Shown here one piece after another: positions 39,165 through 52,220 of a stretch of 64,000 nt of DNA. This DNA comes from Chara braunii (Eukaryota > Plantae > Charophyceae): NCBI GenBank assembly GCA_003427395.1, contig BFEA01000021.1, positions 742,148-806,147 of the forward strand, written 5' to 3'. Numbering within the stretch: position 1 is the stretch's first letter; the number at the start of each line of letters is the position of its first letter. The translations under genes and the position numbers were made by a program. The notes under the pieces are model-generated. The model was not told the origin of the DNA. It made no database searches and was given only the letters and a program-made list of their open reading frames with translations.

Positions 39165-41433
39165 CGTAGAATGATCTTTTCTACAATTGAATGAAATTTA
39201 AAATTTTAAAACCTAATTTTATTAATAAATAATTTTTTAATTCTGTAAATTTTTCTTGTTGTAGGGTTTTCTGCCTCTACGTTTACCATTTGGTTATCAG
39301 GCGTTTGAGCTTTATGGAAAGCCTAAGAAAGAGCAAGTTTTATGCTCTATGATTATTGTGACCATTGAGCATGACGTTGAAAGGGGCAATGTACTGGTAG
39401 GAACATGAATGACATGTTAGTGGACAAAGGTGTCGAGGGAAGTTTATTCTCTGCCCTCACTTTTGTTTTAGCCGAAATTGATATTTTTACTCCCTTAATC
39501 ATCTTTTCCACATACTTTATTAACAAAATTAGTTTCACTTCCTCCTTGAAGCTTTTTTTTCAGGTTAATTGACCCTATTAAGGATATTCTTCGTGGTTAA
39601 AGAGAGATTAACAATGATTTTCATAGCTAGGTCCATGATTAAACCTTAAAAGCAATTGAACGTTTTCAAAGTGAGGACAAAATTGTTTGTTTGATACGGC
39701 AGGATTATCAAGACTTTAACTCTCATTGTTCGACTATTTAGAAATATCACATCAAGATTGTACAACAAATATAAGAGTAAATGGTGAAATAAAATTTTGC
39801 TAAGGACACTGTTTGGTCTCTCAATTGAGATAAATTTTCATTTCATGTATAATCTTTCAGCATTTTATGTTTGTTTCAGCTCGATGAGGGTTGTTGTATT
39901 TTAGAGGGTGCCCTTGATTGAGATCATGGGATACAGATGAGAGCATTTTGCACCATCCATGGACGATAAGGGAAGGAGGAATACTTCATTTCATTTTCTA
40001 TTTAATGAAAGTTTCATCTATAGTAACAACATGATATGAAACACTCGATCGAAGGATGAGAGGATTTTCTTCTGTGAGAAGGAAACCATCAACCTATATA
40101 CATTGGAGCTAAGCATTGAAGGATGTCAAGTGGTCAAATTTTGCTTTGAAACACATTGGACATTAACCAGCGAGGTGCGAATAAATAAGGAAAACATTTA
40201 TCTGCAAGGAGCTTTAAAAGTTTTACCCTTTTGGACTTTTAAAGTAATCGTTTTCTTTTGGGTTTGCACCTTTTGCATCTCTCAGTATCTCACCAACATC
40301 TTACTCAATATATCATCTCAATCTATCTCCATTTGTTGCATTGCCCCTATCATTTATTCCTCCCCCTTTGCACCGTGGAAGACTGAACTTAAATCAGCCT
40401 TCCCAAAGCATGACCAAAATGAATTCCACTTTGATAGTATCTTCCTCAACATCTTAGTATTCCTACATGGCATCATGTTCACACCTAGTTGCATTCCTAA
40501 CCATCATTTTAAATTTCTTAGTAAAATTGACACTATTAAACTTAAATGTATGTATCAGTTTGACCGAGTCATTAAACGGAAAGTGGTTAGCTTAAGAATG
40601 CACACCTGTATCTAAATTTTTTGTCTTCCTAACGACCACTATGAGTTGTTTTTGTATGCAGACTATTAGGGTTTGCATGAGATGAGTAGGTAGGCAGAAG
40701 CGTGTAAGCCATGCTTTGGGTCTTGTTGCCAAGAAAATTCGGAAAAACTATAAAGGATAACACTATAATAGCACACACAGATACAATATTAAAAAAAAAA
40801 AGACAGATAATATCAAAATGAGTTTATTTTTTTTTACTTTGAATTATTTATCTCGTAATAAGTAATTTCAACTTAGACTTAGGTATATAACACAACCAAC
40901 CCTCATTCATTCGAATAGCGGGTCATAGCTATGAACCCTAAAAAAACCTTAAGCTACGTTATAATCATACATATGAGGTGATGTGTATGACCATATTTAT
41001 GTTTGGTTTTTACACCTTGATGTACGCATCATACCACTCGTATCTCACTTAATCGGGGGATAAATTTGATTGTGATAGTTAAGTTGTACGATATCTATCG
41101 CAAAATCTTATATATATTTGAACGAATTTTGTATGAGGGATGTTCTCAAGTTTAATGAAGGCTAGGAAAACAAGCATGTGGAACAAAGGAATGGCGAGAG
41201 ATAACAAAAATGTAAGAAGAGACACGACCGAAAACAATGATCAAAGATAAGATTTACCGAACCGGTCATGTGTATTATTTTTATGTCTATGAAGGAAAAA
41301 AAAAAAACATCATGCAAACTAAGACCAATGAGAGAGAAAAATATAAACGATGCATCAACTCATGTCTCAACATTCATCAAAACTAACGACAACAATTAAA
41401 AGAGAATGATAAATAATGCACTAAAAAATGTCA

Positions 41434-41436
<3 letters not shown>

Positions 41437-41482
<46 letters not shown>

Positions 41483-41613
41483 ACCACCTCGTGACTGCTG
41501 ATAGGAGTGATGATAAGAGCATGCACTCCTACCAGCTTCACTGGGGACTCCTTTCTATTGATGAGGAGCGACACCTGTTGGAAAGCGGGTCCAGCGTCCC
41601 TTGACATGCAATG
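41437..41613 (-). mobile_element. Short LINE 3'-end retroposon
   Basis: Poly(T) at 41437-41477, the shared tail motif, and TSD ATGTCATAC (41428-41436 and 41614-41622). Confidence 0.85.
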
Positions 41614-41829
41614 ATGTCATACATTCCCTATTGATTCGTGATTACTTTTTTCTCACTTTGAAAACACATATGAAGGAAAAGTGAATAGATCCAATTATTT
41701 TATATAAAATGAACACTTAATCATAAAAACACAGTTCTTAGTCACCAGTGACAACCATCTTATTCCCGGATTAGATGATAAAAAAAATTAAGTTAAATTA
41801 TCAGTAATTGAAAAAAAAAAAAAAATTGA

Positions 41830-43537
41830 GGACGGGCCGAATGTCCGAACCCCAACGCTCGAACCCTAACGCCCAAACGTTCGACACCTCCTCTCAACGA
41901 GTTCGGCTGTTCGGCCGAACGCGAAAAATAAATAAATAAATAAATAAAACAAATATGTGTTCTGCAGAAGAATAAACTAAATACTATTTGCCTTGACGTT
42001 ATATTCAAATTCTTTACCATATTTGAAATAAAAATGAAATACGAAAAATAAGTGATAATAATGAAAATTAATGAAAATAAAACGAGAAATAAATTATTAT
42101 GTGGGCGAACACGTTTTTGACACCGCCATATTTGGCGATTTTTTATTTTTTTTTGGATATGAAAAATACAATGAAAATTTATACTTGTGTATCTTACATA
42201 AAAACAAATCTACAAATAAAGTTTAAAAAAAGAATAATTTTTTTCATGCCCGAAATAAAAGAAAAAAAAAAGTGAAAAGATAAAAAAAACAAATTATAAA
42301 GTGGGCAAACAAGTTTTAACACCACTATATTTGAGGATTTTTCATTTTTTTTTGGCTAAACAAAATGACTTCAAAATTAAGAGGGAGATACCTTACATCA
42401 GAAAGAACTCACAAAAACAAAATAAAAAAATAATAATTATATTTAGGTGTCAAAATTCTTTTTTGCGGGGTCCAAACCCTTTCAAGTACGGGCCCCGTAC
42501 GGGGACCCGAACGCCCGAATGTTCGGGGGTCAGCTTAGGGGGGCTACGTTCGGTCGGGCAACCTTGACTGCATAGATATTAATCACATACGTGACAATCT
42601 CATAAACATTTTTTTTTTTTAAATGAATGTTCCAAAAATATGAATAAAATCGTTTTAATAAAATTTGCATAAATTCTCATATCGTTCATAGTTTTCAACT
42701 GCGTAACATGACGAACGTGTTCACACCCCTTCACGTTCGTGGGAACAGATCGCGAACATAATTTTTTTTTAGAATATGTATATATATATACAGGGTAACG
42801 GCGTTCGGGACGGGCCGAACGCGCGAACGTATGGGACCCCTTGGGGATGCGTTCAGCCATTCGGGCTGAACGCGGACAAAAAAAAAAAAAAAAAAAAAAA
42901 AAAGGTCATGAAAAAAATTTGAAACAAAGATATGTTATGGAGAAAAGTAAACTAAACAAGATTTGCCTGAGCATTACATCCGAATTCCTTACCAAATTTG
43001 AAATAAAAATAAAATTCGGAAAATAAATACTAATAATAAAAATAAATAAAAATAAAAAGAGAATTAAATATAGTCAGTGCGCTAGCATTTTTTCGACACC
43101 GCCATATTTGGCGATTTTTCATTTTTTTTGGCATAGCTAAATGCCTTCAAAATTTACAGATGTGTACTTCACATAATACAAAACCCATTAAAAAAGTGTC
43201 TAAAAATAATAAAATTGTTTAGACACCGAACCAAAGTGAAAACAAAAAGTAAAAAGTGAAAAAATATGTGGGCGAGCACGTTTTTACACTGCCATCGTTG
43301 GCGATTTTTAATTCTTATTTGGATGTGCCAAATGACTTGAAAATTCACTGGCATGTACCTCATGTCATAGAGAACTCATAAAAACAAATTCAGAGAAAAA
43401 AAATTATTTTTAGGCCCTGAAATAATTTTTTGGTGAGGGCCGAACGCCGTCGGGTTCGAACCCTGTACGGGACCCCGAACGTCCGTACGTACGGAGGTCT
43501 GGCCGGGGACCTCCGTACGTACGGGCTGGTGACGCTG
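41830..43537. mobile_element. Two long-class hAT-type copies in reverse orientation (about 41830-42566, one end lost; 42791-43537)
   Basis: Same body and termini as the reference copy. The second copy is flanked by (TA)n. Confidence 0.85.
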
Positions 43538-46500
43538 TATATATATATATATATTTTTGTTTTGATTTCTTATTTGGAACTCATGATTGGCTACAAATTT
43601 AAACATGACTCCAAGGCAAAAGTTGCTTGCATTGTTGTTTTACATAACATAAATGTTTTTCAGATGTTTCTGAGAATTTTGTGTTTTATTTTCTAATATT
43701 TTTTATGTTCGCGTTCAGAGGGTTTGGGGCACTTGTTCGCGTTTACCTTCGAACGAGAACACGATGTTACGTAGGTTCCTAAGTTCTTCTTTTATAAATA
43801 TGAAAAAAAAAATATATTATACCTTAAACAATACCCCTTCTTGTTTAAGATATTTTAAAAAATTAAGAAAGTTTATCGAAGTGTTTTTCCACATAAAAAA
43901 TATTTTATATTACTGTTTATTTCTCACTAACTGATTATTTCACAATTGTTAATAAACAAATAAACATATAAAAGTTTTGAAACAAAACATTTATTTTACG
44001 AACACTTAAAATATTGCTTTAAACTATTTGTAGTCCCCATTTATTTCTTAATTCACTTCAATACGAACTAAATGAAGGTTGATCGTATGAGAGGGTAAAA
44101 TTAATGATTGCTTTCGTGGAAACAATGATTGTATTTTAAATTATATTTGTCTGCGAATATTGTGTAGAACGAAACATTCTCATTAAAATCTTATGTATAA
44201 TTGCTATGTATTTCTTAATGATTAAAAATATTATCTTAAAGATCTTATCATCAATAATTAGAAAAACGTGTCTATCATCCCAGTAACATTTTTTAGTAAC
44301 TATTGGTTATAGTTCATTTTATTCTCTTTTTCGTGCATCATAATTTAGTTAGATGAAAGGTAATTACATAAATAGATCATAATCCATATTTTTCCTTACC
44401 AATTTTTATCGGTAATGAACTGCATATTCCTTTTGCCACTGGTTGATGTTATCCATGTGCTATATTTGTTTTGCACCAAATGAGTTGGAGCATTGGTTAC
44501 TAGGTCAATATTTGAAGAATAAAAAGAAAAAACTTAAAGTCTGAATATGTCATCAAAACCAATAGAATAGACAAATAAATGATAAAATTTCAGTTTCCAC
44601 AATGCAACTTTTTATGCTTCCTGATATTTATTGCACATTTCAGTTGTTTATCAATTTTTATGTTATTTTTTATTTAATTTTGTGTTTTTCACTTTAAAAA
44701 TCAATATGTATGGCAAAGGATAATCCAAAAAGATTACAATGATAACTTATTGATTTTGAGGAAAAAAACTAATCATTAAAAGTAAATGAAGCATTACATC
44801 TCCCACACAAAAATGCAAAATCTCTTAGTAATTTGAGGATAATGATAATATAAATGAGGAAGTACATAGTCACTTCATATAATAAACATGTATCCTCAGT
44901 TTCATCGCTACCTAATCATCTTCTTCAAATGCATAATAGTGTTATCTCTTCATCTCCCTTTAAGATAAGATAAAAAATGTCAATACCTTTCACTTTTTTT
45001 ATATTGGTCCGACAAGGCTATCATGATATCGGTAAAATGCTTACACTCGCTTGTAACACTAATCCCTCGATGTCAAACTGCATATCGATGATGTTACTTT
45101 TGTTACTGCGGCATAAAGAATTTTCTCATCCTTGAAATACCCCTTACTACACACATTTGCATATACATATAGATGAAAGACTCATTGCTATATCATGTGA
45201 TGCCTTATTGAACTTGTATCATACATGCCTATGCTTAGCTTCTAACATATCTACGTTCTTAAATCCTATAAAGGACGTTAAAATCGCTTTGTATATTCAT
45301 GTTAATATATTAAAGAAAAATTCACAAAAGAAGAAGAAGAATTTAAATAATCCATATTCAGAACGCAAAAAATATATATCTCAATAACGTCTCCACCCAA
45401 GTTATAATGAACTGAAACTCACTTTCTAGACACATTTTTGTTATATCATGTTTTCTTATTATTGTTTAATTTGGATCATACATAATATCAATTTTAAATC
45501 ACGCTTCCCCTTATTCTTCCCTGTTTATTTTCCATTTAACTTTCCTCGTGCAAAATTTTGGTTTGGGCCATAAAAAGTTAGCATGCATTGAAACAAATGA
45601 GAAAAAGAAGTAAACCCGGATCTTACACCCCTAACTGAAAAAAAAACATCAACACAATAAGAAAAATCATATGGTACCAACTATGGTAAAAATAGTAAGA
45701 GGAAAATTAAATGATAAAATGCGAGAAAAAACGAAAGAAAAATTAAGCTATGAATCAGTCGTCTACCACTTTGTCACACTTATAGGTGGATCGATACCAT
45801 GGTCGCATGAGGTGTGAATTCGTTAACAAATTTTCTTAATCTCACTATCGATAATGACTCGTGAAAGGGTTATAATAGATAAACGCATGAATTAGTCATC
45901 ATTTAGATTGCTCATAGGGAACAAGGGTATCATTTGGAGTTTGAAGATATAGGCTTTGATTACAATTTTCTTGAAACAATTTGTGCATTTCTCAACCATT
46001 TTACAAAGACGTACTACGCATTCTTACGCGTCAAGGAGGATGTATTAAGGTGACGTTTTGCCTGAAATCCATAACGAGAATTCGAGCCTTGTATGTAACA
46101 CATTTTGCCTCAATGAATTTCAGTAAAACGTTATCTCGGTGGAACCGGATCAACGTGTTAGCGTGTACGTAAAGTTTCTGCAAAATATTTGAAAAACGTA
46201 CTTGTAGTTTAAGTTGTATAATATTAATACCTCTAATGTTAACTTCATTAGTGCTCTTATCGTAGTTTTGAAAGTGAAACATTTCCGTAATATAATATAA
46301 GTGTTTCATGGATTATCTGTTAAGAGGTTCGAGAAGGTTCTCAAGCCAATGGACACGATAAACATATGTTATAGGAAAAGTTTCATACAGAGGGAAGAGG
46401 AATGCAACACCCACTATAGTGAATAAAAAAATAGATATGGTGGTCAGCAAGGGAATTGAGCATTCATAAGGTTCAAGGCTACAAATGCGCCGATTGATAG

Positions 46501-48266
46501 CAAGAGGTAGAGGATGAGAATAATGCATATACCAGTGAAAGTGATAACTTGATATATGAGAGGTAGATAAAAATTATTCCGAAGGATTTACGAAAAAGTT
46601 ATAAGTGGAGAGCTCAACCAAACTTGGAGAGATATAAAAAAGAATGATCGTGGTAAGGAGGGATAAAGAGAGGAAGGGAGAGATGGTATTGCATACATGC
46701 ATGGGCTTTACGCTGGGCTGCTAGTATTTTGATGAAACATCAACGATTCTTATAATGACATTCCGCTAATCGCATAATTATAACAATGTAATTAACTTAT
46801 ATTTCACACGTACTCTAAGATTATTGGTTTGCAAGACTAATCCTAATAGCGAATCAAGGTAATGTCTCTTCCTTCACCAATCCATGACAAAAATGAATTT
46901 TTTCTCTTATCCTGTTTCATGGGCCTTCAAATGGTGTCAATCTCAATAATGGGTTGATATACCCGCTAGTTTTTTGTAACTCGTGATTTTTTATGGGGCT
47001 CGACGTTTATTCAAGGTTTACCTTAATTGTGTTCTTCAAATATACGTGACCTCGGTTTTTTTTTTTTTCCGTTTAGCTTTACATCCTTTCTCAAACTGTT
47101 GATTTAAATTTTGGTATAATTTCACAAAATATATAAGGATGATTATTTGAGGAAGAGTATAAACTGATCTATTCATGAGTTTGTATGCAAGGGTAGAAAA
47201 ACTTGTGCCAAAAGAGGAAGAGGTATTTTTTTTATCTTTCTTCTTATTGAGTTTTTCGTGATTAAGTAGGGGTTAATAAATATGTATATGTGTGTGACCC
47301 TTCTCACATTCTTCGTACTAGATGATGTTTTAAATGCGAGGTAAGTCGGATAGATTTGTCCCATTCTATGAAGGGGAGGGGTGGTCCAGTCCTACCACTG
47401 CTCGTATCGTCCAAACCAATTTACGCTCACTAGGAAGTCCCAAGCGCACAACAAGCACACACTTATGTATAGGTGGATCCTTCTCCAGCAAGGGGTAAAC
47501 AATAATGAAAAAAATTGGCACGAATGGTGACCACCTTGATGTATTCAATACCTATAAAATGATTAGTCAACAAAAACATAAAACTTATACATGACATTCA
47601 TGAGAGGGCATCTTGCAATGCTAGAACCGACTTTTTTTTTCTTTTTCTTCATATGAGTTGGAAGTGACTTTGCAATAAGCCTGTAATGTATGAGATAAAG
47701 CAGATTTTTACACGGGATTTAGACCGTAAGTTGATGGTGGTAATGACACTCATACTTAAGGGAAAAATGGACCAAGGTGGCATAATTATAAACTTATAAC
47801 TCATAGCTATTTTTATCTTAATTTGTACAATATGCATGGAAACCTCAACCCTTTCGAAATAACAATGAAATAAATGTGCATCCTAAATCTCTTAACTTAA
47901 TAATAATTTATTCTTTTTTACATGAAACGTATATTTTTGGGGTACCATAGGTGACTAAAAAGTACTGTGAAACACAGAAATGCAGTCCCCTCAGCGTCGT
48001 GACCCACAAAAAGATCAACAAAAATAAAATTTATTATAAAAGATCTCCCTCACAAAAAACAATAAAATAAACAAAATTATATTGATGATTCGATAAAAAG
48101 AGGGTTGCCAACGTTCGGGCTCGACCGAATTCTCGAACCCAAACCTACAGAACATTCAGCCCCCCTTGGGGATGCATTCGGTTATTCAGGCCGAACGCGG
48201 AAAAAAAAAAAAAAAAACCCGAAAATTTCAGGAACTCTGAAAAAAAATACATGTAACAAGCAACGC

Positions 48267-49624
48267 TTTTTTTTTTTCTTCAATCAATCATCGGGGACAG
48301 GTGATTATCAGGCAGACTATAGGAGAGCTTACTCGGTTGGGGCCTGTACAGTTCAATGACTCTTATCTATTGGAGGGGAGCGTCACCTGTTAGAAACCGG
48401 GTCCAACCTCCCATAGTTCAAATAAAAAAAACTCGTTAAGATTCTACATCAACAAGATAGACTCCAACGACCTTTTCACCACATGGGCGCCAGAAATAAC
48501 TTCATCCTCTGGTCTACGAGTCATCCGAAATCCAGATATCCTAAATGTTATCTGAGGTACCAATAATATATGACATTCTAATCGAGTCCAAAAGTTGAAT
48601 AAACCGAGAAGGTATTGCTTTCAGATTGAAAGATTATGAATTATGTCAAGTCATGATGGCCTGGGTCCCATCAGCTATGGTTTAATGATGATGTTTGCAA
48701 CCTTGGTTCTGATCATCCTGATTCTCTGTCCCCATGTTATGAAGAAGTGGTCCCTCGTTGCTCTTTTGTTCAAAGCACTTCTGACTCTCCTCCAATCTAC
48801 CCAAATCAGGGATCGTATATCTTCAAAAATCATGTTCATGATATTGAGATCCGAAGAGAACCAGGAACGAAAGACCCTATCGTTTCTGATTTTCCATATA
48901 ACTTGCATGATGGCCGCTCTGCAAGTCTGGGCCACGTACATCCAAGCCTTGCCGACTTCCTCCACATTATCATACACGATACCCTCCACCACAAAACACT
49001 TCTCCCACTGAAACAGATGCTCCACGTTCTTTTGCCATAACTTTGCCCACCGCACCCAAATCCTCTTGGACTCAAGACAGCCCCACCATAAGTGTGTGGT
49101 TGATTCTTCCGTTTTTCGACATCTTCGACAAGTACTATCCAACGGTGACCTGTTAAGCGTTAGCCATTTGGTTGTGGGCATAATTCTATGAAACGGAAGC
49201 CAAACTAGACTTCTTAGCTTGACGGATGAAATCTATTTCAGATTGTGCCACAATTTTCTAAGTTTGGCAGAGTTGATTCTCCCATTCAGAGATGATCTCT
49301 CTGCGGACTCCATCTGCCAGCGATTACAGACCCCTAGTGGAAGGGACCATGACTTGGCCTGCACCCTATAACCCACTGCGGGCCGGTAATCCAGGAGCCC
49401 GACCTGATTAACGGGTTCGAGCATAGACCATCCTCAGTGAAGTGGTAATGTTTGTAGTATGTCGACTGCCTGCGTACCCATAGGACAAAAAAAATAATAT
49501 TATCCTTATTCACTAGTTTCGAACAGGCTACTATGGATTTGATCTGTCCCAACTCGAGAACCGTTTTCTCTGTTTCCAGTAGGACGCAAGAAGAATCATC
49601 CTCATTGTTTTCTATGGTATACGG
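48267..49624 (-). mobile_element. L1-clade LINE, 3' part (ORF2 C-terminus, 3' UTR, poly-A)
   Basis: zf-RVT-type motif KLW...KLRSLVW..FHRIMPT...CRRC..TEESTTHLWWGC...IWKIRNDRVF (ORF 48675-49181 and upstream, with a stop). Tail motif at 48350-48410 and T tract at about 48267. Inserted in a hAT-element end starting at about 48101. Confidence 0.9.
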
Positions 49625-50412
49625 TGTGGCGATCGCCTAGTTTTGGTCCAGGATCACGTGGACCTTAAGGACTTCAGAATGTCCGTCATTGCCAACCTGC
49701 AGACCGACTGACCTTCGTACACAGATAGAGGATGTTGTAGGACCTGCTTCCATGTCGAAGGAAAATTATTGATGAATGAGAAGGGGTGTGGATGAGGATC
49801 GGGTGCATGAAAAGTTGAGTATAAGATATAAGACTCGGAGCCACGATTAAGTAGGAAGAAGAGGAAGAAGAGAAAGACTAGGAAACCGGCTAGCGACAGG
49901 TAAGCAAGGAAAACACATGCGGAAAGCTCCATTTAAGATTTGCATAGCTTTTCCTCCGCCATCTCCTGCTATTTACTTGCAATGCTAGAAGCTGCATGTA
50001 AGCACGTCAGGTAGTAAGAGCTTGCGCAAGTGAAGTCACACTGCAACTTGCATTTAGCTACCCTGGCCTAGAGCCAGGGTTATCTCGCTATTTTACCATT
50101 CCGCCTATGGGACCAGGCCGTGGCCTAACCCCACAGGCCATGTCTCATTCAGTCAAGTCCAGTCCTGCCCGGAGCCACTGTCGGTACCAGGCCAATCTAA
50201 TTTAGACCAGTCAGTCTGCTGGGGGTATACCCTAGCTGTAGTTTTTTTCAATCTCATTCTTCATTTGCACACTTTGGTGTATACGCGTGTTGAGTCTGCG
50301 TTGGAGCTGCGCGGTCCCTTGCAACTCCATTTCTATCTCCTCCATCCTCATCCCTTCGTCTTGATCCTGATGGACCGCCGTCCCGGCAGGTCCGTCACAC
50401 TGGTATCAGAGC
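49625..50412 (+). mobile_element. LTR (49625-50399) plus initiator-Met PBS; internal region missing
   Basis: TGTGGCG...CGTCACA followed by C and canonical TGGTATCAGAGC (50401-50412). Confidence 0.8.
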
Positions 50413-50472
50413 GGGAATGGTCCCCGCTCCCACCCATCCCATCCCGCAAGTGTGAGAAAATGGTGTAATCCT

Positions 50473-50900
50473 TTTTTTTTTAAACAAAACCCCATTCTAG
50501 TGCTAGTGGTGCTGGTAAGACAAGACACCACTAACACCTTGAGGAGAGACTCATCTATTGGTGGGGAGCATCACCTGGTGGAACACGGGTCCAACGTCCC
50601 TGTTACAGAATGAAACAGAATGAATTAAAAAAAACTGAAAACTTTGTTGAATATCTGAAAAACGTCTGCCAGCATTGATTACTCTGGATTCCAGAGAATT
50701 GATAGGGGGATTTTGACCCTTTTTCAGAGCCAGAAGACAGGAAACAAAAGGAAAAATGAGTAGCACTGAGTGACACACATGTGGCAAAAAAGGAGAGCGC
50801 CTCACAATGCGTGCGAGCAAGCGCCAAAGCCAAGACCACCACACTCAAGTGTGCCACGGACCCACGCTGCCCTACTGCCCCGTTCCACCCCACTCTCATA
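50473..50900 (-). mobile_element. LINE 3'-end fragment
   Basis: T tract at 50473-50481 and tail motif at 50500-50600. The right boundary is uncertain. Confidence 0.65.
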
Positions 50901-51849
50901 TGGTATTATATTAATATTTAAGAGTGGAGCTTCCATGGTTTGCACCTCGACAGCTGCCAACCACGCGGGTGTGTAGCCAGTGGCTTAACACAATGGTTAA
51001 ACTCTATCTATGTTTTAGTAGCATGGCACGTCGTGGTTGAAGAGTGCCACAACAACTATTTACCAACCCCCCCCCCCCGTCGTGGCTGCTGCCGCCTGTA
51101 CACATGACCGGTGGCTGCCTGCAGTGCCACATCGTAGCTTGCTGAGGATCTTGAAGGGCCCCCGGGTTAGGGGGTGCACTATAGTGGCATTTGGGTGGCT
51201 GATCAATATCTCAACAAACCACGGATTATCATCATTATTTCTTTTATTGTTGCGGCAACAGACCAGTTGTAACAAGGTGGAGACGGTGCAGCGAGGCTGG
51301 CAGAGTGAGGGAGAGTGAGAGCACACACATACGCTCACTCAACTCGACGCAGACTCGACACGACTCGACAGACGCAAACACAAAATGACAAAGTATCAAA
51401 ATTGCAGTCTTGGATTCCCGGACACAATGTCGAAGCATGAACACAAGCAATGAGGCTGAAAACTGGTTGCCCGTACTGGGCTTGAGTCCGGTCTTAAGTA
51501 CCGGACTCAAGTTTAGTCTCGAGGGCACAACTGCAAATTGCCTCAGGGATGAACTGAAAATCGAAGGTCTGAGTCTGGGCGCCAGAATGTCGGATGGCGC
51601 CAAGTATCGAAATGTGAAAGTGCCAAAAAAAAAAATTGAGAACAGGCGCCAATTGCAGAGGGCGCCAACAGTCAGGGACCTGAGAACAAAGACCCAAAAA
51701 TGAAATAGCAGCCTAGCGGGTGATAACCCGCGGACCAGGGATCGAGCCCTGGCTGAGTCCGTAACACTATCCCCTCCCTCTGGAAGGCAACGTTCCACTG
51801 CCAATGACCTGATGAACAACTGTGAAGGACGGGACGGGGAGTACTGAAA

Positions 51850-52220
51850 GTAACAGGGTAATTTTTCTGATGTTTTACAAGTGTGAAGGTATCAATGTTC
51901 AGGTAACAGGGTAGTTGAGGTGCTACAAGGTTGAAGTAACAGGTAACAAGGCAATATTATTGATGTTCTACAGGGATGAGGGAATCAATGCTCAAGTAAC
52001 ATAATAACCCTATCGAGGTTCTACAAGGGTGAGGGTAGCAATGTTTAGGTAACAGGGCAATCCTATTGATGTTCTACAAGGGTTAAGGTAGCAGTGTTTA
52101 GGTAACAGGGTAATCCTTTTGAAGTTTTACAAGGTTGAGGTTAGCAATGTTCAAGTAACAGGGTGATCCTAATAAGGTTATACAAGTAACAGGGCAGTCA
52201 TATTGATGTTGTACAAGGTC
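51850..52220. repeat. About 53-bp degenerate tandem array in the 3' non-coding region of the LTR element
   Basis: About 7 units resembling GTAACAGGGTAATCCTATTGATGTTCTACAAGGGTGAGGGTAGCAATGTTTAG. Confidence 0.85.

Noticed and set aside
39200-47900. Decayed coding remnants in AT-rich DNA (e.g. 39350-40615, 44200-46500)
   Set aside because: No recognisable motif by eye; BLASTX would be needed.
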